A stretch of DNA of 64,000 bases, from NCBI GenBank assembly GCA_016934335.1, contig JAFGTC010000309.1:10714-74713 (forward strand), given 5' to 3'. Of the stretch, positions 30,274 through 40,474 are shown piece after piece. The DNA is from Candidatus Omnitrophota bacterium (GTDB taxonomy: Bacteria; Hinthialibacterota; Hinthialibacteria; Hinthialibacterales; Hinthialibacteraceae). Every line of letters begins with the position of its first letter. Position 1 is the first letter of the stretch. Made by a program: the position numbers and the translations under genes. Below the pieces are notes generated by a model. The model had not been told where the DNA came from. It saw nothing but the letters and a program-made list of their open reading frames with translations, and searched no databases.

Positions 30274-32136
30274 TTAGGACGCTTTCTTGACTTTCATTAA
30301 ATCGCTGAGCAAGTCTTCGGTCTTGGAAAACGATTCTTGAATGCGATCCGGATTCTGCATAGCGCCGGAAAAACGAGCGCCGTCGAATTCCTCCAATACG
30401 GAGAGAACCGCATCGGCCTGACTTTCGTCAACACCGCCGTTTTGTAAAGCATGCTTCAACTCGAGGCGGGTCATTCCCGCGCTCGTCAGATTCCAGCGAT
30501 GATCGATGTAATCGGTGACCGCTTTTCTCAGTTTGACATAGACGGATTCCATGTCTTTGCGCTCCAGCGCTTTTCGAGCATCCGCCAGAAAACGGCGCGC
30601 CAGTTTGGGCGCTTTCAGGCTTTTGGCGACGGTCGGCCGCGCCGCCAGAAATTCATGACGCCATTTCCACGCCCCGATTAACAAAAGAAGCAGAATCGGC
30701 CACAATGCGATCACCCAAAATTTCAACGAGCAATACAAAGGCAGGCGAATCGTCGCCAGACCGGAGGGAGCAGTCGCGATGAACCGAAAATCATCGCCCA
30801 CGCGGGTGATCAAACGCCGGTTAAAGACCGCGCTCCCCGTGCGAGTCCGCTTCTCTGTGGAGGGAAGAATGGTCAAGCGGATGGGAGGCGTTTGCCGGAC
30901 GACGTATTCTTTTTTCGACGGATCGAAGAAGGCGTATTGGATCGGCCCGATCTCATTGGCGTTGATGTCATGCGGAATCAAGACGTAAGAATACTCGATC
31001 CGCCCCCGCATTCCATTTTCGGAAATGTTGACGTCCTCTTTTTGGGTAGGATCGAACTGATCGAAATTCGAGAGGTCGGGCAGCGCCGGTTTGGGCGCAT
31101 TTTTGATATTCCCAATGCCTTCCAGCGTGAGGCTCAACGTAACCGTTTCGCCTTCGCTGAGTTCGAGCGGCGCCGCCTCGGCGCGCAGCGTAAACGAGCC
31201 GACCGCCCCTTCGAAAATCTCGGGCCGACCCTCTTCGGGAAGAGGCTTGACTTTGAGCTGCACAGGTTCGGGCTTGTAAGGATATCGAGAGACGCGTTGA
31301 ATCGGCAGCGCCACCTCGACCGTCATGGGCGCCAGCGAGTAATCGCCCGGGGTCAGTGGAAAAAGAATGTAGCGCCGCAGCGATTTTTGAAAATACAGAT
31401 CGCGCTCGCCGGAAATGCGAACAGGCCTCGCGTCCTGCTTGAATCGCATGTCGACGGTTTCGGAGAGAAAACTCTTGAGCGCGCCCTTCTCTTCTTGGAA
31501 GGCGGCGTATTCGCCGTTTTGGATGATCGCCCGATCGAACCAGCGCTTCCATTGCTGGTTATAGACGGCGTCGTAGGACAAAATCACCTCTTCGCCCTTG
31601 TAGACCTCTTTTTTGGACGCATCGCTGAGCAAGTAGAGATTCAAGTCGCCCTGACCCTGGGGCGCGGACAGCAGGGGCGATCGAGTGGGCACCGGCTGGC
31701 TGCCGGGAAAGACCGTAATTTCGAATGGATCGGCCTGCACAGTTCCGGCGCCGGTCGCGATGCGAATGTCGGAGACTTTATATTTTCCTTCCTTCACGGC
31801 GAAGACATCGTACAAAAAGGTTATTTGATAACTGGAACTCGCCCGCCCGTTGATGAATTGAAATTGCTGGCTTGTGCTCTGGCTTCCATAGACAAAGTTC
31901 ACCCCATCGATCGATGGAAAGGCGGGCTTTTGCGAAATTTGCTCGCCCTGGGTTGTAACCACGACTTCCAATTGAGTTTGTTCGCCGACGCGCAAAACAT
32001 TCTTTTCCAGCCGGGTTTGGATCGTGACGTCGGCGGACGGAGCGCTGATGAATACGCCCGATAACAGAGCGATTGAAATCCATATAGGAAGCCAATATTG
32101 AAAGCGAGTCAGATTCACGGTTCGTTCTCTTACCAA
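30274..32136 (-). CDS. BatD-like aerotolerance-operon protein (620 aa, signal peptide, C-proximal TM)
   Basis: Size and architecture match BatD (large extracytoplasmic beta-rich domain, TM helix FWVIALWPILLLLLIGAW, cytoplasmic tail). Start TTG 32136 or GTG 32118, overlapping the BatC stop. Confidence 0.65.
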   Translation of the reverse strand: MVRERTVNLTRFQYWLPIWISIALLSGVFISAPSADVTIQTRLEKNVLRVGEQTQLEVVVTTQGEQISQKPAFPSIDGVNFVYGSQSTSQQFQFINGRASSSYQITFLYDVFAVKEGKYKVSDIRIATGAGTVQADPFEITVFPGSQPVPTRSPLLSAPQGQGDLNLYLLSDASKKEVYKGEEVILSYDAVYNQQWKRWFDRAIIQNGEYAAFQEEKGALKSFLSETVDMRFKQDARPVRISGERDLYFQKSLRRYILFPLTPGDYSLAPMTVEVALPIQRVSRYPYKPEPVQLKVKPLPEEGRPEIFEGAVGSFTLRAEAAPLELSEGETVTLSLTLEGIGNIKNAPKPALPDLSNFDQFDPTQKEDVNISENGMRGRIEYSYVLIPHDINANEIGPIQYAFFDPSKKEYVVRQTPPIRLTILPSTEKRTRTGSAVFNRRLITRVGDDFRFIATAPSGLATIRLPLYCSLKFWVIALWPILLLLLIGAWKWRHEFLAARPTVAKSLKAPKLARRFLADARKALERKDMESVYVKLRKAVTDYIDHRWNLTSAGMTRLELKHALQNGGVDESQADAVLSVLEEFDGARFSGAMQNPDRIQESFSKTEDLLSDLMKVKKAS

Positions 32137-32960
32137 TCCTTATCCACTCGAACGCGGGAGTTCAGTTCGCGCGGGCGCTTAAATTCTTTGCGCTTTTCTT
32201 TTTCGTCGTCTTCCAGATTTTTAAGCAGCTGCATCGCTTGTTCGCGCGTCATTTCCTCGCGAGGCTCGTCGGGCTGCGCCTGCGCCTGATCCTGTTCCTG
32301 CAGCTCTTGCGGCTCTTGTTCCTGTTGTTGATTTTGCTCTTGCTGCTGTTCCTGCTGCTCTTGATTCTGCTGTTCCTGATTTTCCTGCTGCTGTTGATCC
32401 TGCTGTTGCTGTTCCTGTTGCTGCTGTTGATTTTGTTGATCTTGCTGCTGCTGATCCTGCTGCTGGTTTTGCTGTTGTTGATCCTGCTGCTGTTGATCTT
32501 TGTTTTGATCAATCTGTTCCTTCAATTTGCGCCGGGCGAGTTCCAAGTTGTATTTGGCGTCTTCGTCGTCCGGATGCAGCTTCAGGGAGCGAATATAAGA
32601 TTCGATGGCTTTGGCGTAATCTTCCTGGCGGAAATAACAGTTCCCGATATTGTAGTGCGCCTGCGCTTCGAATTTTTCATCGGAGGCGCCGACGACGCTC
32701 TGATATTCTTCAATCGCTTTTTCATAATTGCCCTGCCTGTACCAGGCGTCGCCGATGTTGAAATGAAGTTCCTTCGATTCGGGCGCATAGGTTGCGGCGA
32801 TATCCGTATATTGTTGGATGGCCTCTTCATATTTCTCTTCGCTGTAGGTGCGGTTGGCTTCCTCCACGCGATCGCGCAAAGGATTGATCCATGCAATCTG
32901 CATGACGGATAAAAGGGCGATGAAACAAAGGCCAATTCGTTTTAGAGCGGCATGCTTCAT
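32130..32960 (-). CDS. BatC-like TPR protein with long Q/E/D/N-rich low-complexity tract
   Basis: Signal/anchor MKHAALKRIGLCFIALL, then 4-5 TPRs (YNIGNCYFRQEDYAKAIESY), then about 80 aa of QQQDQQQQNQQQ... ATG at 32960 with GGGAGA RBS. Confidence 0.65.
   Translation of the reverse strand: MKHAALKRIGLCFIALLSVMQIAWINPLRDRVEEANRTYSEEKYEEAIQQYTDIAATYAPESKELHFNIGDAWYRQGNYEKAIEEYQSVVGASDEKFEAQAHYNIGNCYFRQEDYAKAIESYIRSLKLHPDDEDAKYNLELARRKLKEQIDQNKDQQQQDQQQQNQQQDQQQQDQQNQQQQQEQQQQDQQQQENQEQQNQEQQEQQQEQNQQQEQEPQELQEQDQAQAQPDEPREEMTREQAMQLLKNLEDDEKEKRKEFKRPRELNSRVRVDKDW
32281..32520. repeat. Imperfect CTG/TTG/CTC triplet-repeat DNA encoding the poly-Q/E/D tract (read on the minus strand as CAG/CAA/GAG)
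   Basis: Seen directly: about 240 nt of (CTGCTG/TTGCTG/TTCCTG)n. Confidence 0.7.
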
Positions 32961-33035
32961 GGTTCGATATCTCCCGGCGCGGTTTCTTAATCTATAGGTT
33001 ATCACGCTCTTGTCGTCTCCGTACATTCAATAGAT

Positions 33036-34112
33036 TTATTCGCTGGAAGCCGAACGCTTTTCCGCCGGCGTAAACTCGGCGTGGCGGTAGCCGCCGACGG
33101 TTCGTTTGGGAGCGCGTTTGCGATCTGTCAGCAGCATTTCGATCAGCAGCAATACCAGCGCGAGGAACAAAAAATATTGGAATCGCTCCTCAAACTGGGT
33201 GACGAATTGAGTTTTCAACAATCTCTCCTGGCGTCGCTGCTCCATGTGCTGATAAATATCGTCCAACTGCAGCGAATCGGCGCGCACGCGGAAATACGCG
33301 CCGCCGGTCGTCAGGCAAATGGAGCGAAGCGCCGCTTCATCGAGTTTGCTGGTCACTACGTTCCCTTCCCGATCTTTGATATATTCCTTGATGCCGCCGG
33401 ATTCGTCGCGTATGGGGATGGGCACTCCCAGCGGATCGCCGATTCCAATGGCGTAGATCATCACGCCTTCTTCGGCGGCTTTCTCGGCGGCCTGCTTGGG
33501 ATCTTCCACCGTATCTTCGCCGTCAGTGATCAAAATCACAACGCGCGACTCCCGCTCGCCGGGCGGGAAAGATTCGACCGATTTTCGGATGGCCGCCGAA
33601 ATTGCGGTTCCCGGAACCGGGACCGAGCCGATCTCCACTTCGCTGAGCAGAATCTTGGCGGCCGCGTAATCGAGCGTCAGCGGACATTGAACGAAAGCTT
33701 CACCGGCGAAGATCACCACGCCGATGCGGTGCCCCTGCAGTTTATCGAACAACTGCGCGATTTCATGTTTGGCTTTGGCCAGGCGATTGGGCTTGATGTC
33801 TTCGGCCATCATGCTGCGCGAGACATCCAGCGCGATCACGATGTCATTGCCGCGCGAGACGACGGTCTGCTCTTTCTGCCCCCACATGGGCCGCGAGAGG
33901 GCGATCAGCGAAAAGAAGAACACAAAAAAGATGAGCCACAGTTTGGCTTTTTGCTTCTGGCGGCTGACGCCGTCCATCAATCTCGAAATCAATTCGGGAT
34001 TTCCAAATCGCTCCAATGCGCTCAGCCGCTTGCTCCACGCCCAGCGAAGAAAGAACGCCAGCGGGATCAGCAGCCAGAGTGAGTTAAGAAATTCATGCGT
34101 TCCAAATCTCAT
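33036..34112 (-). CDS. BatB-like VWA-domain membrane protein
   Basis: VWA MIDAS (DVSRSM) with TM helices. Start ATG overlaps the BatA stop (ATGA). Confidence 0.8.
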   Translation of the reverse strand: MRFGTHEFLNSLWLLIPLAFFLRWAWSKRLSALERFGNPELISRLMDGVSRQKQKAKLWLIFFVFFFSLIALSRPMWGQKEQTVVSRGNDIVIALDVSRSMMAEDIKPNRLAKAKHEIAQLFDKLQGHRIGVVIFAGEAFVQCPLTLDYAAAKILLSEVEIGSVPVPGTAISAAIRKSVESFPPGERESRVVILITDGEDTVEDPKQAAEKAAEEGVMIYAIGIGDPLGVPIPIRDESGGIKEYIKDREGNVVTSKLDEAALRSICLTTGGAYFRVRADSLQLDDIYQHMEQRRQERLLKTQFVTQFEERFQYFLFLALVLLLIEMLLTDRKRAPKRTVGGYRHAEFTPAEKRSASSE

Positions 34113-35128
34113 GGCAATTTCCGAAATCGCGTCTGCGACAGAATGAGTTCCACCAGTAAAATCGCCAGCGCCGGAATCAGAAAATAATGAAAGAGTTCGC
34201 GAAACCGGCGGCTGCCCTGCGTTTGAATCTTCGATTTTTCCAATTGATCGATCTGCTGAAAAATCTCCCGAAATTTTTGCGTGTCCGTGGCGCGGAAATA
34301 TTGCCCGTTGGATGCGTCGGCGATTTGGCGCAAGGTCGATTCGTCGATGCGCTCCGCCTGGGGAACGGGTGTCAGCTGCTGGCCGAAGAGAAAATTATTC
34401 TGCAGAATATAGGGAATTCCCAGACCGCCCACGCCGATGGTGTAGATTTTTACGCCCAGCGCGCTCGCCATTTCCGCCGCGGTCAGCGGATCGAATTCGC
34501 CGGAATTGTTCGCTCCGTCGGTAATCAGAATGATCACCTTCGATTTCGATTCAGTATATCGCAGCCGGTTGAGCGAAGAGGCGATGGCGTTGCCGATGGC
34601 CGTGCTGTTGCCGGGAATCATGTCGATCTTCACATCATCGAGAAAATTCTGCACGATGCCGTAATCGACGGTCAGCGGGCACTGGAGAAATGCATCCGTC
34701 GCGAAGACCGTCATGCCGATGCGATCGTTGCGCCGCCCCTCGACGAACGATTTAACGACTTCTTTGGTGACGTCCAGGCGCGTGCGCCGATTCTGCAAAT
34801 CCAGATCGATCAACACCATGCTGTTGGAGACATCCACGCACAGCATGATATCGATGCCTTCCGTAAAGATTTCGCTGCTGACCAATTCCGCCTGAGGCCG
34901 CGCCAGCGCCATGATAAATAACGCCAATACCAGCAAACGCAGCCCCGCCAGCACGCGGCGAACCTTGTGAGTTATGGGAACGCGGGCGTTGGATGCGCCG
35001 AAAATTTTCTTGATGCGCCCGATGTCCGAATAAATCAACGGCGCGCCTCCGCCCTGACGCATGGATCGCCATGCCAGGAACGGAATCACCAACAATAGCA
35101 ACAAGTAAACTGGATATGCAAAATTCAT
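34109..35128 (-). CDS. BatA-like VWA-domain membrane protein
   Basis: Two N-terminal TM helices, VWA MIDAS (DVSNSM). Directly abuts the upstream gene stop. Confidence 0.8.
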   Translation of the reverse strand: MNFAYPVYLLLLLVIPFLAWRSMRQGGGAPLIYSDIGRIKKIFGASNARVPITHKVRRVLAGLRLLVLALFIMALARPQAELVSSEIFTEGIDIMLCVDVSNSMVLIDLDLQNRRTRLDVTKEVVKSFVEGRRNDRIGMTVFATDAFLQCPLTVDYGIVQNFLDDVKIDMIPGNSTAIGNAIASSLNRLRYTESKSKVIILITDGANNSGEFDPLTAAEMASALGVKIYTIGVGGLGIPYILQNNFLFGQQLTPVPQAERIDESTLRQIADASNGQYFRATDTQKFREIFQQIDQLEKSKIQTQGSRRFRELFHYFLIPALAILLVELILSQTRFRKLP

Positions 35129-36154
35129 TTATGCCTCGCCAACCGGTTGAACCTCTTCTTGAGATTCTTCCGTTTTGTCGTTGTTTGCATCCGATTCGAT
35201 TTCGACCGCAGGCTGCTCGCGGGTTTGATCGACGATGCGCTCCGCCCGGTCAATCAATCCGTCCAACTCATCCGCGGGCAGCTCATGCTTCGCAAATTTC
35301 ATCAAATCGCAATCGGTGAAAAAATCTTCAAATTCTTGAAACAATCCCGAATCCATGCCGATCGTCCGGAACTCATCCAAAATCTCTTCGGTGGTTTGAT
35401 CGATGGCGTTGAAGCCCCAGCGCCGGCCGATATAAACGCGGAGAATTTCGCTGAGCCGCGTCGAGAAATATTCATAATCGTTGTTATGCCGCCATTCCTG
35501 ATTTTCCCGCAGCTCGCGCAGGGCGAGATAGGCTTCTTCATGCGCGGGCAGCGGAGGCTCGCCGGGCGCCTCGGACTGCCGCCGCTTGAAATAGCGCCGC
35601 AGCCCATACGCCGCCAACGCCGCCGCGAGCAGACTCAGTAAGACCGTCCAGATTATCCACATGCGGCTCGAGCCGGAAAGCAGCACCGGCTCTTTGATGT
35701 CGCGAATGTCGAGATCCTCCGCTTCTTCGGGCGTCAAACTGCGCACCGTGATCTTGATGGGCGATGTGCGGATCGATCCTCTCGCCCCATCGGCCGTCTG
35801 ATACAAAATATCAAAAGCGGGAATCTCGAAGTCCCCCGTGAAGAACGTCGACAATTGATAATCGATGGTCTCGCGCACCTTTCCGTCGGGGAGATCCTCC
35901 ACCCCCTGCGGATTGATTTCCTTGATTTCAAACTGGCCGAGGTCTACGCCCGTTTCACGCTGAACAATTTGCACCGACGGATCTCGGGTAATCGCCACCG
36001 TAAGATGAAATACGTCGCCGATCAGAATCTCATTGCGATCCACCGAGGTTTCGATTGCGGGCGTCAACTGCGCGGGAACCGTCGCCGTCGCGTCGGCCGG
36101 CGCCTGCGCGATCGCCATATACGTCAGAAAAGAAAATAACAAGTTTGCCGTCAT
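35129..36154 (-). CDS. Truncated BatD-like / DUF4381-like membrane protein
   Basis: Signal peptide, about 170-aa extracytoplasmic domain, one TM (MWIIWTVLLSLLAAALAAYGL), about 150-aa cytoplasmic domain. Architecture shared with the 40475-41368 gene. Confidence 0.45.
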   Translation of the reverse strand: MTANLLFSFLTYMAIAQAPADATATVPAQLTPAIETSVDRNEILIGDVFHLTVAITRDPSVQIVQRETGVDLGQFEIKEINPQGVEDLPDGKVRETIDYQLSTFFTGDFEIPAFDILYQTADGARGSIRTSPIKITVRSLTPEEAEDLDIRDIKEPVLLSGSSRMWIIWTVLLSLLAAALAAYGLRRYFKRRQSEAPGEPPLPAHEEAYLALRELRENQEWRHNNDYEYFSTRLSEILRVYIGRRWGFNAIDQTTEEILDEFRTIGMDSGLFQEFEDFFTDCDLMKFAKHELPADELDGLIDRAERIVDQTREQPAVEIESDANNDKTEESQEEVQPVGEA

Positions 36155-36226
36155 ATTAATCCATCTACTAGATTTCCATTATTTTCGACTTCGAACATCC
36201 TTCTTTCCAGCAGTCATCGAGAGATT

Positions 36227-37498
36227 CTATTCTTCTGCGCTTGGAGCGGCGTCCTCCGCCGGTTCGACAAGCGATTGATCGAAGATCTTCACTTTTTCGG
36301 CTTTCAACAAACGCTGTAAAAGCGCATCCTGCAGTTCGGCCGCTTTGCGCTGACCGACCAGCGACTGAACGCGCTGCTTCACTTCGTCGAGCGTCTGAAT
36401 CCGCTCCGGCGTCTTCTCGAGAATTTTGAACAAATGATATCCCTTTTCGCTTTGGATCGGTTCGCTGACCGCCTGGGCGTCCAACGCCAGGAGCCGCTCG
36501 ACAATCTCGGGCGCCTGCCCGACGGTTGGAACATATTGACTCCCCTGACTGATCGTTCCCAGAGATCCGTTGTTGGACTTCGAAGCGTTGTCTTCGGAAA
36601 ACTGCTGCACCGCCTGCTCGAAGGCCATGCCCTCGCTGACGGCTTTTTGCGCCTCCTCCGCTTTTTCTTGGGATGAAGTCAAAATATGCGCGATTTTCGC
36701 CGTCAAGGGAATTTTAAATTGGTCTTGATTTGCCTTGTAATACAGTTCGATGTCGCCGTCCGACACTTGAATTTTGTCGTTCACTTCCTCGCGCAAGACT
36801 TTCTGCGCCAGCATCATTTTTTCTACGCGCCGCATTTGTTGGCGGATTTCGCGGTCTTTCTGATACTCTTTGCGCAGCGCCATATCGTAAAGCAGTTCTT
36901 CAAATAGTTTGGACTGCAGATATTGGCGGCGTTTTTGTGGATCGTCGTAATATTTGCGCTGATTTTCAGGCATTTGGTTAAGTTCGCGCTCTAATTGATC
37001 GCGGGTGATGCGGCGGTCGCCGATCTGAGCAACCACGGGGCCGGTTCCTTCCTCCTCTTCGGCTTCCAGATCGGTCAGCTGTTTGAGTTTGCGCTGCGCA
37101 TCGCCGCCGCGCTGCAGTTCTTCGAAGCAGCGAACCATCCGTTTTTCCGCTTCGGGCGCAATTTTGGCTTGCGGATATAAGTGGCTGACTTCTAAAAAAC
37201 TGGCCAGCGCGTTTTCATAATCGTGGAGATTGTCGAGGTACAGCGAGCCGATTCGATAGAGAATGTTGGCGCGCTGCTCGATGGGAATTTCGGCGGCGTC
37301 TAAATATTTTTTGTACTGGCTGACGGCCTGATCGTACAGCCCCTGCGACTCGAGCGCCGAGGCCAAGGTGCGAATCTGCTCGGGCGGAATGGGGTACGCC
37401 GATCCGCCGCCGCCGGGAGACATAAGAACCAGCACGACGATCAACAGCAGTAAACAGATCGAGATGATGGAAAGAACAACGTCTCGCATAATATTCAT
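36227..37498 (-). CDS. Membrane-anchored TPR + parvulin-type peptidyl-prolyl isomerase (SurA/PrsA-like)
   Basis: N-terminal TM, TPR-like region, parvulin rotamase core (AHIL...GSLG...KGYHLFKI). Confidence 0.65.
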   Translation of the reverse strand: MNIMRDVVLSIISICLLLLIVVLVLMSPGGGGSAYPIPPEQIRTLASALESQGLYDQAVSQYKKYLDAAEIPIEQRANILYRIGSLYLDNLHDYENALASFLEVSHLYPQAKIAPEAEKRMVRCFEELQRGGDAQRKLKQLTDLEAEEEEGTGPVVAQIGDRRITRDQLERELNQMPENQRKYYDDPQKRRQYLQSKLFEELLYDMALRKEYQKDREIRQQMRRVEKMMLAQKVLREEVNDKIQVSDGDIELYYKANQDQFKIPLTAKIAHILTSSQEKAEEAQKAVSEGMAFEQAVQQFSEDNASKSNNGSLGTISQGSQYVPTVGQAPEIVERLLALDAQAVSEPIQSEKGYHLFKILEKTPERIQTLDEVKQRVQSLVGQRKAAELQDALLQRLLKAEKVKIFDQSLVEPAEDAAPSAEE

Positions 37499-37531
37499 CC
37501 GTCCTCGCTAAATAATTTTTTCCGCGCTGCG

Positions 37532-38407
37532 CTAGTAGCGCTTGGCCCGCTGTTCGAAAAAGCGAATCAACGGGTCGATGTACGGGCGATCAGTGCGCAC
37601 CGGCACATGATCGATCTGCATTCGCTTGAAGTTTTTCACAAGTTGATCGATGTCCGATTGAGCGTTTTCGGAAAACCGTTTTCGAATCGAAGAATCGTAT
37701 GTATCGATGACGATGATTTCGCCGGTCTCCGCATCCTCCAATTCGAGAAATCCGATGGGCGGCATCTCGACTTCGCGCGGATCGGTGATGCTGATGGTGA
37801 TCAAATCGTGTTTTTTATTGGCGATGCGCAGCGATTCTTCGTACCCTGCATTCATAAAATCGGACATCAAAAAAACGACGCTTTTGCGCGTCAAAATTTT
37901 CGCCATAAAATCGAGCGCCGCCTTAATATCCGTAGAGCCGCCGGTCGGCTCAAACATGAGCAGTTCGCGAATCAAGCGCAGAACGTGCTTCTTGCCTTTT
38001 TTGGGCGGGATAAAGATCTCGACATCGTCGGTGAACACAATCAAGCCGACCCGGTCGTTGTTTTTGATCGCCGAGAAGGCGAGCACGGCGGATAATTCGG
38101 CGGCCAGTTCGCCTTTCATCTTTTCCGCCGTTCCGAAGATGCTGGACGACGACGCATCCACCAGCAGCATGACCGTCAATTCGCGCTCCTCGCGGTAGCG
38201 CTTGACGAAAGGCCCGCCCATGCGGGCGGTGACGTTCCAATCGATGGTTCGGATGTCGTCGCCGTGCTGGTATTCGCGCACTTCTTCGAATTCGACGCCC
38301 TGACCCTTGAACACGGAATGATATTCGCCGGCCAGCACGTCGTTGACCATGCGGTTGGTGCGAATTTCGATGCGCCGGATTTGACGAATCAACTCGCGTG
38401 GAATCAT
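37532..38407 (-). CDS. DUF58 protein (MoxR-partner, VWA-like)
   Basis: DUF58 N-terminal motif (IRTIDWNVTAR) and VWA-like region. ATG at 38407 with GGAGAA RBS, overlapping the GT2 stop as ATGA. The track ORF has a spurious 115-aa N-extension. Confidence 0.8.
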   Translation of the reverse strand: MIPRELIRQIRRIEIRTNRMVNDVLAGEYHSVFKGQGVEFEEVREYQHGDDIRTIDWNVTARMGGPFVKRYREERELTVMLLVDASSSSIFGTAEKMKGELAAELSAVLAFSAIKNNDRVGLIVFTDDVEIFIPPKKGKKHVLRLIRELLMFEPTGGSTDIKAALDFMAKILTRKSVVFLMSDFMNAGYEESLRIANKKHDLITISITDPREVEMPPIGFLELEDAETGEIIVIDTYDSSIRKRFSENAQSDIDQLVKNFKRMQIDHVPVRTDRPYIDPLIRFFEQRAKRY

Positions 38408-39324
38408 AGTGAATTCTCCGAACGCCGCTTCGTGATCTCCTGCTGCAGCTGAGCGATGGTTTTCTGCGCCGCCGCCAGACTGTCTCTCCATTGAGCCGCC
38501 TGCTGAACGATCTGCTGGGTTTGGGCGGCCTGCCGGCGAATCTGCCGCTGCTGTTGAAACGTGCGCTTGAAAATCGGATCGAAGGCGGCGTGACGTTCGT
38601 CTCGATAGCGCCGCTTCACAACCCTTTCGTTGATGGGATACTGTTCGCTCTCGCGGATATTCGAATTGTCGTCCCGGCGGCGGTATTCGCCGGTGACTTT
38701 GGCGATGTGTTGAAATGGAAACTTGCGCGAAAGGCGAATGAGAAACTCCCAATCTTCATAAATCGTCAGCGATTCATCGAAAGGCCCCGCCGCCTCGAAG
38801 CAGTCGCGCCGGATGAGCAGGCAGGTTATGGGGATATAATTCGCCAGTAAAAAGTTGTCCGCGTTAAAATCAAACGAATAGACCAATTGTTCTTTCATCC
38901 GCTTCCATTCGCCCGTTTGGGGATCCTGCTGGAACGTGACGTTGAGAACATCGCTGTACACAACCGGAAGATTTTCAGAAAACGCTTTGTCCGCCAGCGT
39001 CTGAATGTGGTCGGGATAGACGACGTCGTCGTCATCCAAAAAACCGATGTACGCCCCTTTCGCCGCTTCCACGCCGATATTGAGCGCAGCGGTGCGCCCC
39101 ATGTTTTGGGCGTTGCAGATATATTGAAAAGGAATGGCGCCCAGTTCGTCCGTCAGAGCCGGCGCCGCATCCTCGCCGGCGTCGTTGACGATGACTGCTT
39201 CAAACGATTCAAATGTCTGCCGGCGCAGAGACTGCAGGCATTCACGCAGCCTCTCCAGGCGATTGTAAGTGCGAACGACGATCGAAACGCGCGGATCTTT
39301 ATGACTCATTGACATTGAATTCAT
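38404..39324 (-). CDS. Family-2 glycosyltransferase embedded between moxR and DUF58
   Basis: GT2 hallmarks VSIVVRTYN, DDD, NDAGED-like acidic motifs. Start between 39309 and 39342, ambiguous. Confidence 0.7.
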   Translation of the reverse strand: MNSMSMSHKDPRVSIVVRTYNRLERLRECLQSLRRQTFESFEAVIVNDAGEDAAPALTDELGAIPFQYICNAQNMGRTAALNIGVEAAKGAYIGFLDDDDVVYPDHIQTLADKAFSENLPVVYSDVLNVTFQQDPQTGEWKRMKEQLVYSFDFNADNFLLANYIPITCLLIRRDCFEAAGPFDESLTIYEDWEFLIRLSRKFPFQHIAKVTGEYRRRDDNSNIRESEQYPINERVVKRRYRDERHAAFDPIFKRTFQQQRQIRRQAAQTQQIVQQAAQWRDSLAAAQKTIAQLQQEITKRRSENSL

Positions 39325-39419
39325 CCAGTAAAGTCGAGGCAAGAATTTACTGGATTTCCATTTCTCCGTTTTTCTCCAGTTCAGGGATGTAATTCGTTCG
39401 ACAATAGCGAACTTCCGAC

Positions 39420-40424
39420 TTACGGAACTTCGACATGATCGAAGATGGTTTGAACAACCTGCTCGGGCGTCTTTTCCTCCGCCTCAGCTTCGTAACTGAG
39501 AATAATGCGATGGCGCAGTACGTCCATGCCGATCGATTTCACGTCTTCGGGAGTGACGTAGCCGCGCCCCTTGAGAAACGCGTGCGCCTTGGCGGCGACA
39601 GTCAAATAGATGGTGGCGCGCGGCGAAGCGCCGTATTCGATCAAATCGCCGATATCCAAATTGAATAAGGACGGTTCGCGCGTGGCGAACACCAAATCGA
39701 CGATGTAATCGCGGATCTTCGCATCGACGTAAATCGAGCGCACCACGCTCTGCGCTTTCAAAATGGCTTCCGGATCGAGAATCGCTTCGGGATCGCCGGG
39801 CAGGTCGCCGGTCATGCGATCGAGAATGGTCCTTTCCTCCGCCTTGCTGGGATATGTCACTTTGAGTTTGAGCATAAAGCGGTCGACCTGCGCCTCCGGA
39901 AGAGGGTAGGTGCCTTCCTGCTCGATAGGGTTCTGCGTCGCCAACACCAAAAACGGCGCGGTCAAAGGATACGTCGTATCGCCGATCGTGACCTGCTTTT
40001 CCTGCATCGCTTCCAGCAACGCGCTCTGCACTTTGGCGGGAGCGCGGTTGATTTCATCGGCGAGAATAATGTTGGCGAAGATCGGGCCTTTTTTGGGAAC
40101 AAACTCCCCGGTCTGCTGGTTATAAATCATCGTACCGATTAAGTCGGCGGGGAGCAGATCGGGCGTAAATTGGATGCGCTGAAAGGAGGCCCGGATCGTT
40201 TTCGCCAGCGTTGAAACCGTCAGCGTCTTGGCCAAACCCGGCACGCCTTCCAACAAAACATGGCCGCCGGTCAGTATGCCGATCAACAACCGCTCGACCA
40301 TGTAGCGCTGCCCGACAATGACGCGATCGATCTGCTCCATCAGCGGGCCGATGAAGGCGCTCTCTTCTCGTATTCTCTCCGAGATCTCTCGAATATCTTG
40401 ATTGGAAGTGGTTAACTCGGCCAC
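39420..40424 (-). CDS. moxR: MoxR-family AAA+ ATPase
   Basis: Walker A GVPGLAKT, Walker B ILADEINRA. GTG start with perfect AGGAGG RBS at -9. No in-frame upstream ATG. Confidence 0.9.
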   Translation of the reverse strand: MAELTTSNQDIREISERIREESAFIGPLMEQIDRVIVGQRYMVERLLIGILTGGHVLLEGVPGLAKTLTVSTLAKTIRASFQRIQFTPDLLPADLIGTMIYNQQTGEFVPKKGPIFANIILADEINRAPAKVQSALLEAMQEKQVTIGDTTYPLTAPFLVLATQNPIEQEGTYPLPEAQVDRFMLKLKVTYPSKAEERTILDRMTGDLPGDPEAILDPEAILKAQSVVRSIYVDAKIRDYIVDLVFATREPSLFNLDIGDLIEYGASPRATIYLTVAAKAHAFLKGRGYVTPEDVKSIGMDVLRHRIILSYEAEAEEKTPEQVVQTIFDHVEVP

Positions 40425-40474
40425 GAATGAAAACCTCCTGCCTATTTCAAAAAAATTTGCTCAATTTTATTTCG

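Noticed and set aside
30892-32064. 390-aa plus-strand ORF
   Set aside because: Antisense within batD. Arg/Gly-rich shadow frame.
33081-34921. Plus-strand ORFs of 333 and 244 aa
   Set aside because: Antisense to batB and batA.
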